A DNA stretch of 64,000 bases. It comes from Anaerolineales bacterium. GTDB lineage: Bacteria > Chloroflexota > Anaerolineae > Anaerolineales > UBA4823. The notes beneath the pieces are model-generated. The model did not search any database, had not been told where the DNA came from, and saw nothing but the letters and a program-made list of their open reading frames with translations. The stretch covers positions 1,999-65,998 of the forward strand of contig DAOTZA010000043.1 in NCBI GenBank assembly GCA_034434515.1, in the 5' to 3' direction. Position numbers and translations under genes: made by a program. Shown one piece after another: positions 56,194 to 64,000 of this stretch (its first letter is position 1; each line of letters begins with the position of its first letter).

Positions 56194-57909
56194 ATGGACA
56201 AAACAAAACGCTTTTTATTTGTAAAACCCCGTAAAACGGTCGAAGTTACCCTACCGGATGGTCGGACGATTCGCGGCCCTCGAAACGCTCCAATTCGAGA
56301 TTTTTTCGCATTGCTCCAAGACGAGAAAATCCCCCCAATTGTTGGGGCAATAGTGAACGATGAGCTTCGCGAATTAACCTATCCGGTAAAAATCGATTCA
56401 ACCGCTCGCCCAATTACAATGGGCGAAGCAGACGGAATGCGCATCTATCGGCGTTCCTTAACCATGTTGCTAGAGACAGCTTTTCATAAACTCTATCCCA
56501 ACGCTTATCTCACGATTGATCACTCAGTTTCGTCAGGCGGCTATTTCTGTCAGGTTTTCAATCGCCCCCCATTATCGGATACAGAACTTCAAAAACTAGA
56601 AGAGACCATGCGCCACATGGTGGCTGCCGACCTTCCCTTAATCCGCACTGAAATCCCCCTGCATGAAGCGATCCAGTACTTCGCATCAATAAACGCCGAT
56701 GACATGGTACGATTGCTCAAGTGGCGGCGAAAACCATATGTGACCCTGTACGAACTGGACGGTTTTCGCGATTATCACCATGGCTACATGGTACCTACGA
56801 CAGGATATCTAAAGTGGTTCGCCCTCAGTCAAACCGATGGCGGCTTCACGTTGCGATTTCCTCGTCGTCACGCTCCAACCCAACTCCTGCCTCTTCCAAG
56901 CTATTCCAAACTCCTTGAAGCTTTTCGCCAGTATGGAGACTGGTTAGATCGTTTAGGCATCGGCAATGTTGGCGCCCTGAACGACGCTATTGACGCCAAT
57001 CGGGCAGCCGAGATCATTCTCGTCTCTGAAGCCTTACACGAACAGATGGTCTCGAACATTGCTTCGATGATTTTGGAGTGTCAAGATAAAGTCCGCGTGA
57101 TTCTGGTTGCCGGTCCATCATCCTCTGGCAAAACCACTTTCTCAAAACGTCTTGCCATTCAATTGCTTGCGCGAGGTCTCGCACCGTTTCCTCTTGAAAT
57201 GGATAATTATTTCGTCAATCGCGAAGACACTCCGCGAGACGAAAACGGAAATTATGATTTTGAATCGGTTAATGCCCTAAAATGGCAACAATTGGACCAA
57301 GATCTTTCCAACCTCATCGCCGGGCGAGAAGTACAACTACCGCGCTATGATTTCAAAAGCGGCACAAGCCATCCCGGGGATATTGTTCAACTATCTCATA
57401 ACCATATAATTATTCTGGAGGGAATTCACGGGCTTAATCCAAAACTATTTCAATTTGTGCAAGAAAACCAAATCTTTCGCATCTATGTATCCGCCTTAAC
57501 ACAATTGAACCTGGATCGTCACAATCGAGTGTCAACTACCGATACACGCTTGATCCGTCGCATTGTCCGTGATTCGCGCGAGCGCGGCTATAATGCTCAA
57601 CACACCATCCGCATCTGGGAATCGGTGCGAAGAGGGGAAAAACGATATATTTTCCCTTACCAAAACAACGCCGATGTCATGTTCAACTCAGCATTGGTCT
57701 ATGAGCTGTCGGCATTAAAACCCCTTGCTGAACCGCTTCTGCGTCAGGTTCCCCATGGCACCCCGGAATATATTGAGGCAAAACGTCTGCTCGCCTTCTT
57801 AGAATGGTTCTTACCGCTAGATAGCAATCTTGTCCCTGACAACTCGATTTTACGGGAATTCATTGGCGGCTCAATTTTGAAAGAATTCAAACTCTGGAAC
57901 AATCACTGA
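56194..57909 (+). CDS. Uridine-kinase/phosphoribulokinase-family P-loop kinase with an N-terminal ThrRS-like (TGS plus second-additional-domain-like) extension
   Basis: Walker A VAGPSSSGKTTFSKRL in the C-terminal half. The N-terminal ~280 aa resemble the threonyl-tRNA synthetase N-terminal region (VTLPDGRTI..., HSVSSGGYFC). Confidence 0.6.
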   Translation: MDKTKRFLFVKPRKTVEVTLPDGRTIRGPRNAPIRDFFALLQDEKIPPIVGAIVNDELRELTYPVKIDSTARPITMGEADGMRIYRRSLTMLLETAFHKLYPNAYLTIDHSVSSGGYFCQVFNRPPLSDTELQKLEETMRHMVAADLPLIRTEIPLHEAIQYFASINADDMVRLLKWRRKPYVTLYELDGFRDYHHGYMVPTTGYLKWFALSQTDGGFTLRFPRRHAPTQLLPLPSYSKLLEAFRQYGDWLDRLGIGNVGALNDAIDANRAAEIILVSEALHEQMVSNIASMILECQDKVRVILVAGPSSSGKTTFSKRLAIQLLARGLAPFPLEMDNYFVNREDTPRDENGNYDFESVNALKWQQLDQDLSNLIAGREVQLPRYDFKSGTSHPGDIVQLSHNHIIILEGIHGLNPKLFQFVQENQIFRIYVSALTQLNLDRHNRVSTTDTRLIRRIVRDSRERGYNAQHTIRIWESVRRGEKRYIFPYQNNADVMFNSALVYELSALKPLAEPLLRQVPHGTPEYIEAKRLLAFLEWFLPLDSNLVPDNSILREFIGGSILKEFKLWNNH

Positions 57910-57935
57910 CAAACCGCGTTATCTCGAAAACAAAC

Positions 57936-59024
57936 ATGTTCGAATTTCAGTTAATAGCCACCGATGGAAATGCCCGAGTTGGATCATTCTGCACTCCTCA
58001 TGGAGAAATTCCCACCCCTATCTTTGCTCCTGTTGGAACTCAGGCGACGGTCAAATCTCTTACTCCCAAACAATTGGAGGAAATTGGCGCCATTTTAGTC
58101 CTCGCCAATACCTATCACTTGTTCCTTCGCCCCGGCGATGAACGTATTGCCCGCCTCGGTGGATTACACCAGTTTATGAATTGGAGAAAGCCCATCCTCA
58201 CCGATTCGGGTGGTTTTCAAGTATTCTCATTAGCAAAAATCAATCACATCGATGAAGATGGCGTGACCTTTAAGAGCCATATTGATGGCTCTTTTCAACG
58301 ATTAACCCCCGAAAAATCGATTGCCATCCAGGAAAACTTAGGGGCAGATATTATTATGGCATTTGACCAGTGTCCTCCTCCTTATGACCGAGAACTCAAC
58401 GAACAAGCATTAGAACGCACCCATGCCTGGGCGGAGCGTTGTTTAAAGGCAAAAACTCGCTCCGACCAGGCTCTATTTGGCATCGTGCAAGGAGGAGTTT
58501 TTGAGGATTTGCGCAAAAAATCTGCTGAATTTATTGCTTCACTAAACTTACCCGGTAACGCCATCGGGGGATTATCGGTCGGAGAGACTAAGGAAGAAAT
58601 GTTTCGCGTCCTTGAGTTGATCGACTCAATTTTACCCAAGGGCAAACCGCGCTATTTAATGGGGGTTGGCACGCCGTACGATATTGTTCAAGGTGTGGCC
58701 CGCGGGATTGATATTTTCGACTGCGTCTTACCGACCCGTTTGGCGCGTCATACCACCGCTCTCCGTAGAAAAGATCGTCTGAATCTGGTAAACGCCATAT
58801 ACACCGAAGATTCTCAACCCATTGATGACTCTTGCGAGTGCTACACCTGTCAAAATTTTTCCAGAGCTTACCTGCGTCATCTAATTCTTGCCAAAGAAAT
58901 GTTGGCCGCCACCCTGTTGTCCATTCACAACGTTTACACCCTCCTAAAATTAACCCAAGAAATCCGTCAGGCAGTCCTTATGAAATCTTTTAACACCTTA
59001 CTCGAGGAATTTCAATCATTATGA
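57936..59024 (+). CDS. tgt: Queuine tRNA-ribosyltransferase (tRNA-guanine transglycosylase)
   Basis: TPHGEIPTPIFAPVGTQATVK, LTDSGGFQVFSL, and Zn site CECYTC...H. Confidence 0.9.
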   Translation: MFEFQLIATDGNARVGSFCTPHGEIPTPIFAPVGTQATVKSLTPKQLEEIGAILVLANTYHLFLRPGDERIARLGGLHQFMNWRKPILTDSGGFQVFSLAKINHIDEDGVTFKSHIDGSFQRLTPEKSIAIQENLGADIIMAFDQCPPPYDRELNEQALERTHAWAERCLKAKTRSDQALFGIVQGGVFEDLRKKSAEFIASLNLPGNAIGGLSVGETKEEMFRVLELIDSILPKGKPRYLMGVGTPYDIVQGVARGIDIFDCVLPTRLARHTTALRRKDRLNLVNAIYTEDSQPIDDSCECYTCQNFSRAYLRHLILAKEMLAATLLSIHNVYTLLKLTQEIRQAVLMKSFNTLLEEFQSL

Positions 59025-59839
59025 CACTATGGCAATCAATTTTACTGGGCATCCTCCAAGGGCTAACCGAATTTATTCCCATCTCATCCTCTGCCCATCT
59101 CGCCTTGTTACCTTACTTTTTTAGCTGGCAAGTTTCTCCAGATATCGATTTCATTTACAACATCCTGGTTCAGTTTGCAACCCTTGGTGCAGTCTTTGCT
59201 TATTATTGGCAAGACCTTTGGAACCTATTCCAATCGGTCTTGCTTAATCTGGCAAAAGGTGCTATCTGGCGGAATCCAGATAGCCGGCTTGCCTTGGCTC
59301 TAGTAATCGGGACATTGCCGGTTGTTGTAATTGGTTATCCGCTCAAAGACCTGGTTGAACAAGCCTTTAACCAACCTCTTTGGGTGGGTGTTGCATTACT
59401 AATAACCTCCCTCCTCCTGTTTCTCTCTGAGAAGCGCTTCAAAACCAATCCCAAAAGCCACCCACTCACCCTGATAGATGCTCTTGTGATTGGACTTTGG
59501 CAGACCCTGGCGATCTTTCCCGGCATCTCACGTTCCGGAGCAACCATAGCTGGAGGGCTATTTCGCAATCTCGATCGCCAACAAGCGACCCGATTCTCCT
59601 TTTTGCTGTCTATCCCCGCTCTAACCGGCGCCGGCGTCGTTTCGCTCCTGGATCTGATTCGCTTACCGAATTTCACCCAATTTCTCCCGGTAATCCTGCC
59701 GGGCTGCCTGGTTGCCCTGGTTGTAGGATACTTCTCGATCTACTGGCTGGTTAGATATGTTCAGAATCATCCCCTGTATATCTTTTCTATATATTGCTTG
59801 ATTTTAGGTATAATCGTAATCCTCAGTATAATTCTATGA
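59021..59839 (+). CDS. uppP: Undecaprenyl-diphosphate phosphatase
   Basis: GLTEFIPISSSAHL and PGISRSGATIAG motifs; polytopic. ATGA overlap with tgt. Confidence 0.9.
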   Translation: MTLWQSILLGILQGLTEFIPISSSAHLALLPYFFSWQVSPDIDFIYNILVQFATLGAVFAYYWQDLWNLFQSVLLNLAKGAIWRNPDSRLALALVIGTLPVVVIGYPLKDLVEQAFNQPLWVGVALLITSLLLFLSEKRFKTNPKSHPLTLIDALVIGLWQTLAIFPGISRSGATIAGGLFRNLDRQQATRFSFLLSIPALTGAGVVSLLDLIRLPNFTQFLPVILPGCLVALVVGYFSIYWLVRYVQNHPLYIFSIYCLILGIIVILSIIL

Positions 59840-59875
59840 ATACGATGCCTTCCTTATTCCTTCAAGCAACTTAAC

Positions 59876-60790
59876 ATGAGAATATTATTTATCGTCAATC
59901 CTATCTCCGGACGGGGAGCCGGTGAACGTGCTATCCCCTTTATTCAAAACTTTATCGATAAAAACCATCTCACAGGGTCGATCATTGTCACCCAATACCC
60001 TGCTCACGCGATTGAGATTGCATCCCAAAAGGCTCGAGATTTTGATATCCTTGTCGCCACCGGTGGAGACGGAACATCAAATGAAGTGATCAATGTTCTA
60101 ATGCAAGCAAAATCACATGGGACAGTAATGCCGGCTTTAGGGGTATTAAGCGTTGGCAGAGGGAACGATTTTGCCTTTGGCATTGGCGTACCCAAAGGAT
60201 TGGAAAAGGGCTTCGCGGTGTTGCTCAACCATCAGGTGCGCTCCATTGATATTGGCTTTATTCAAGGCGGTGACTATCCTCAGGGACGCTTTTTCGGGAA
60301 CGGTGTGGGCATTGGGTTTGATGCTGTGGTTGGTTTTGTCGCTGCTCGTAGTCGCCTGACCGGATTTTTATCCTATATCGTAGCAGCGATCAAAACGGCG
60401 TTTATTTTCTTTACCGCTCCTTTGCTGGAGCTTCAATTCGATCAAAAGACTCAAACTGTCCCCGCCCTGATGGTATCGGTTATGAATGGCAGGCGCATGG
60501 GAGGTGGATTTATGATGGCACCCCATTCCCTCAATAACGACGGTCTCCTCGATGTTTGTATCGTTCAAGAAGTACCCAAAGCTCAAATTTTCGCCTTAAT
60601 TCCCCACTTTCTGCGCGGTTCGCAATTCTCCAAAAAAAGTGTCTTTCTCGAGCAAACCAGAACCCTACAGGTAACCGCCATTAAAGGTTCTTTACCCATA
60701 CATGCAGACGGAGAGACCATCTGCACCGAGGGAAAATCTGTCTCAATTCAAAATCTCCCAAACGCTCTCCAGGTAGTGGTGCCACGATGA
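59876..60790 (+). CDS. Diacylglycerol-kinase catalytic-domain lipid kinase (YegS/BmrU family)
   Basis: FIVNPISGRG..., GGDGTSNEV, and GRGNDFA. Confidence 0.8.
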   Translation: MRILFIVNPISGRGAGERAIPFIQNFIDKNHLTGSIIVTQYPAHAIEIASQKARDFDILVATGGDGTSNEVINVLMQAKSHGTVMPALGVLSVGRGNDFAFGIGVPKGLEKGFAVLLNHQVRSIDIGFIQGGDYPQGRFFGNGVGIGFDAVVGFVAARSRLTGFLSYIVAAIKTAFIFFTAPLLELQFDQKTQTVPALMVSVMNGRRMGGGFMMAPHSLNNDGLLDVCIVQEVPKAQIFALIPHFLRGSQFSKKSVFLEQTRTLQVTAIKGSLPIHADGETICTEGKSVSIQNLPNALQVVVPR

Positions 60791-61515
60791 TCCCCCAAAC
60801 TGTTGCTTTTCCCATCACTCGTTTTTTGAACTTTATCATTCGGCAAGGCAGTTCAATCGTCCTCGACATTGATGCTGCCGATCTCAACAAAGTTCCCCGA
60901 AAGGGCCCCCTAATCATTGCTACGAACCATATCAATTTCATCGAAGTCCCCGTGGTTTATACGCATCTTCAACCCCGCCCGATCACGGGTTTGGTAAAAG
61001 TTGAAACCTGGAATAATCCGTTGATGGGCTTGCTATTTGACTTATGGGGCGGCATTCCTGTACGGCGCGGGGAGGCAGATGTCACTGCTGCTAAACGCTG
61101 CCTGGAAGCGCTGAAAGCAGGGAAGATTGTCGCGGTTGCTCCTGAGGGCACCCGCAGCGGAGATGGACGACTACGCAAGGGGAATGCCGGCATTGTCTTC
61201 CTTGCAATGAAATCTCACGCTCCAATTCTGCCTATCGCGTTTTACGGTGCAGAGCAATACTGGCAAGACCTCCGCAATTTGAATAAAATCCCCTTTCGTA
61301 TCCGAGTGGGACGACCTTTTATGATCGATGTTCCCGAGAAAGTGATTAACCAGAGAATCCGCAACCAGATCGCGGATGAAATCATGATTCAAATTGCCTT
61401 ACTTTTGCCTTCATCGTACCATGGATATTATGCAGGGCGAGTGAGTGAAAAACCCAAATATCTAAAACCTCTTGTCGCGGACTTCGAAGTAAGAGAACTT
61501 TCCATTTCGAATTGA
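60787..61515 (+). CDS. Lysophospholipid (1-acyl-sn-glycerol-3-phosphate) acyltransferase family protein
   Basis: Acyltransferase blocks ATNHINFIE (HX4E instead of the usual HX4D), PEGTRS and the IVPIA-like LPIAF. 4-nt overlap with the lipid kinase gene. Confidence 0.7.
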   Translation: MIPQTVAFPITRFLNFIIRQGSSIVLDIDAADLNKVPRKGPLIIATNHINFIEVPVVYTHLQPRPITGLVKVETWNNPLMGLLFDLWGGIPVRRGEADVTAAKRCLEALKAGKIVAVAPEGTRSGDGRLRKGNAGIVFLAMKSHAPILPIAFYGAEQYWQDLRNLNKIPFRIRVGRPFMIDVPEKVINQRIRNQIADEIMIQIALLLPSSYHGYYAGRVSEKPKYLKPLVADFEVRELSISN

Positions 61516-61574
61516 GAGAATTCCTATAGATTAACCTTCAAAAGCGAAACACTTTCCGTTATACTTAGCGCAAG

Positions 61575-62378
61575 ATGGATAAAGAATCACACACCACGCC
61601 CTTATTACCTGAAATGTCCAACAAAAAACGGCGGTCTGCCAGCGGTCAACCGCTATTTGTTTTGGCAGTTTATAGTTGGACATTTCCAATTGCGATCCTG
61701 ATAGCTTTTATCGCTGGCATCTTCCTCGGATATTTCGTACGCCCAGGCTCGAATCCTGGCCAAGCCGCTCAACCAACCGCTGTTCAAAATCAAAACAACA
61801 CCGCTCAAAACGAAGCTTCGCGGCAACAAATGCTGGCTTTGCTTGCCGAGCAAACCAGAAATACCATTGGCAATGAGCAAGCACCGGTTCGAATGTACGA
61901 ATTCAGCGATTTTCGTTGTCCTTATTGCGCCAGATATAACCTCGATACGGGCAAGAAAATTTTTTCTAAATATGTTGATACCGGAAAAGTTTATTTAGGT
62001 TTTGTGCACCTGGCAATTCTTGGTGAAGATTCCGTACGGGTTGCGCTTGCCAGCGAATGCGCTGCAGAACAACAAAGATTTTGGGAATATCACGACCTCC
62101 TTTTCGCGCAACGCCAAGGCGGACAAAACCCAGACTACAGCAACGAAAACCTGAAATCCCTTGCTCAACAACTCAACTTAGATATAAAAGCTTTCTCCGA
62201 GTGCCTCGACTCAGGTCGTTACACCTCAACCGTGCTCCAACAAACTCAATTCGCCCGTCAGATAGGTCTTACCAGCACCCCATCCTTTCTTATCAATGGA
62301 AAAGCAATCATTGGCGCTCAACCGTATGAAGTGTTTGAAGAGGTCATTGAAGAAGCCCTAAAAGAGAGCGCTCAATAA
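61575..62378 (+). CDS. Membrane-anchored DsbA-family thiol:disulfide oxidoreductase
   Basis: N-terminal TM (FVLAVYSWTFPIAILIAFIAGIFLGYF) and thioredoxin-fold active site FRCPYCARY. Confidence 0.8.
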   Translation: MDKESHTTPLLPEMSNKKRRSASGQPLFVLAVYSWTFPIAILIAFIAGIFLGYFVRPGSNPGQAAQPTAVQNQNNTAQNEASRQQMLALLAEQTRNTIGNEQAPVRMYEFSDFRCPYCARYNLDTGKKIFSKYVDTGKVYLGFVHLAILGEDSVRVALASECAAEQQRFWEYHDLLFAQRQGGQNPDYSNENLKSLAQQLNLDIKAFSECLDSGRYTSTVLQQTQFARQIGLTSTPSFLINGKAIIGAQPYEVFEEVIEEALKESAQ

Positions 62379-62383
62379 GGCTA

Positions 62384-63415
62384 TCATGATGCCACCTCCA
62401 ATACCTTAGCGCCTTTAATCTTACGATTTTTTAAGTCCAAAATCGCTTGATTTGCCTGATCAAAAGGATAAATTTGAACCTCCGGGCGGATGTCTTCTCC
62501 GGCTATTAATCGTAAGCATTCCTCAACATCCCGGCGCGTGACATTGGCAACGCTTTTGATTTCTTTTTCCATCCACAATTGGGAAGGATAATCCAGTTCG
62601 GTTAAGAGATGGCGATCGAAATCTTCTTTGCGGATGGCATTAATCACCAGGCGACCTCCTGGAGCAAGATTTCGCAGGGCTTCCAACACAGGTTTCCAGG
62701 CAGGGGTGGTATCAATGATAGCATCAAGGGCTTTCGGCGATGCTTCCTCGATAGCACCTGCCCAAACCGCCCCAAGTTTTTGGGCAAATTCTCGCTCACC
62801 CACACTACGTGAGAAAACATATACCTCGCTTTCCGGAAATATGGCTTTGGTCATCATGAGCACAAGGTGTGCCGAAGCACCAAAGCCAGTCAAACCCAAT
62901 CTCATCCCGTTTCTTAATTCTGTAAGCCTTAAGGAGCGGTATCCGATTGCTCCGGCACACAAAAGTGGCGCAGCCTGATAGGCATCCAGGTTTTCAGGAA
63001 TCGAATAAGCAAAGTTCTCATTTACCACCATATATTCAGCATAACCACCAGGAGCATCTCGTCCGGTTGCTTTAAATTCCCCACAAAGGTTTTCCTCACC
63101 CCGCAAACAAAAAGTGCATCTTCCACAAGCCGCATAGATCCACGCCACCCCAACCCAATCACCGATCTGAAATTTCTGCGCAAGTTTTCCTCTCTCAACC
63201 ACTTGCCCAACAACCTGATGACCTGGCACCATCGGTAATAGCGGTGGAGCAGCTCGACCTTCAATCTCATCGATCTCGGTATGACAAACCCCACAAGTTT
63301 CAACCTTAATCAATATCTGATCGGCACCAGGCTGCGGAACGGGCAACTCAATCATTTTCAACGGAGCCAAATCGTCTTTAATAGGAGTAATCCGCTCAAT
63401 GACCCAGGCTTTCAT
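62384..63415 (-). CDS. Zinc-dependent alcohol dehydrogenase (MDR family)
   Basis: Catalytic Zn ligands GVCHTE...H, structural Zn CGRCTFCLRGEENLC, and NAD motif LTGFGASA. The start ATG at 63415 was chosen over the upstream start. Confidence 0.8.
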   Translation of the reverse strand: MKAWVIERITPIKDDLAPLKMIELPVPQPGADQILIKVETCGVCHTEIDEIEGRAAPPLLPMVPGHQVVGQVVERGKLAQKFQIGDWVGVAWIYAACGRCTFCLRGEENLCGEFKATGRDAPGGYAEYMVVNENFAYSIPENLDAYQAAPLLCAGAIGYRSLRLTELRNGMRLGLTGFGASAHLVLMMTKAIFPESEVYVFSRSVGEREFAQKLGAVWAGAIEEASPKALDAIIDTTPAWKPVLEALRNLAPGGRLVINAIRKEDFDRHLLTELDYPSQLWMEKEIKSVANVTRRDVEECLRLIAGEDIRPEVQIYPFDQANQAILDLKNRKIKGAKVLEVAS

Positions 63416-63453
63416 TCCTACCTCCACGGCGACGGATATTGTACAAACCAGGT

Positions 63454-64000
63454 TTATAACATTCGCCAGTAATTTCGGTGGCGTTTATACCAGGTTACTC
63501 CAATGGCTTCCATATCCGACTTGCTGGCAAGATTCTTTTCATCCACTTGAACAACTTCGACGTGCTCAAAGGGATACTGTCGGACTGCCTTTTGTAACTC
63601 CGTATAGAGAATTACATTTGCTCCAGACCCCCAATATTCGGGTAATAAGCCAGCTCCATTCACATTTAACCACTTCGTCCTGCGTTTCTCCAACCATAAC
63701 CAAAACCACCCGATAGGAAAAATTCTACCTTTTGCCTTTTGTAATCCTCTCGAAATGTCGTGATAAGAGATCAAAAAACCGATCACTTTTTCCCCCTTCA
63801 TTACTACCTTGACCAGAGGTGGATCGGCGATACTGATAATCGAGTGTGCAATCATTTCTAATTCTTTCTCGGTCGGTGGAACAAAACTGTAATTTTGGGC
63901 AAAAGCTTCAGCATGTACTCTGGCAACAATTGGAATCCACGCTTTCATCTCCTCTTTGGAGGTAAAATTTTTTACGTGAAAGCCCCTCTTTTCCTTAACT
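63454..64000 (-). CDS. GNAT-like acetyltransferase-fold protein; 5' end lies outside the window
   Basis: The frame stays open upstream of the first Met to the window edge (...VKEKRGFHVKNFTSKEEMKAW...). The segment LLPEYWGSGANVILYTELQKA resembles GNAT motif A. The assignment is weak. Confidence 0.45.
   Translation of the reverse strand, partial: VKEKRGFHVKNFTSKEEMKAWIPIVARVHAEAFAQNYSFVPPTEKELEMIAHSIISIADPPLVKVVMKGEKVIGFLISYHDISRGLQKAKGRIFPIGWFWLWLEKRRTKWLNVNGAGLLPEYWGSGANVILYTELQKAVRQYPFEHVEVVQVDEKNLASKSDMEAIGVTWYKRHRNYWRML

Noticed and set aside
1-64000. CRISPR arrays, rRNA genes, IS elements, prophage genes and toxin-antitoxin or restriction-modification style defence cassettes.
   Set aside because: I could not see regularly spaced direct repeats, rRNA-like sequence, or transposase, integrase or phage structural motifs in any frame. 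The window reads as metabolic, signalling and housekeeping content.

Overview
This 64-kb window looks like a bacterial chromosomal segment, probably from an anaerobe. The three tungsten/molybdopterin-type aldehyde:ferredoxin oxidoreductase (AOR) genes and frequent GTG/TTG starts support that, and a Chloroflexota/Anaerolineae-like origin is only a low-confidence guess. Coding density is high, and I saw no rRNA, CRISPR array, transposase or integrase. Supported features: about 50 protein genes, one tRNA-Gly(CCC) with a consensus promoter, a tandem glycine riboswitch with terminator ahead of gcvH-gcvPA-gcvPB, several intrinsic terminators, and one transporter gene interrupted by an in-frame stop. 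Three regions deserve attention. (1) Bases 4.1-21.5 kb hold a 13-gene co-directional cluster led by an Lrp/AsnC regulator. It carries four class-III aminotransferases (PatA-like, GabT-like, omega-AT, GSA-aminomutase-like), a carboxy(nor)spermidine-dehydrogenase-like enzyme, a CoA-acylating malonate-semialdehyde dehydrogenase, two SSS transporters, a LarA-like racemase, two AORs and a MoaD-like protein. I read it as an anaerobic polyamine/omega-amine catabolic pathway in which AORs replace the usual NAD-dependent aminoaldehyde and semialdehyde dehydrogenases. (2) Bases 26.4-36.7 kb hold an 8-gene translationally coupled signalling operon: REC, REC, GAF protein, a Cache-HAMP-GAF sensor with no transmitter, a ParA-like ATPase, a GAF hybrid kinase, a threonine-synthase-like PLP enzyme fused to a C-terminal receiver domain, and an EamA exporter. 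(3) Bases 43.92-44.11 kb form a ~186-nt rod-like structured element in a convergent intergenic region, a candidate 6S-like or 3'-derived sRNA. All functional calls rest on motif and family recognition by eye, with no database search run.
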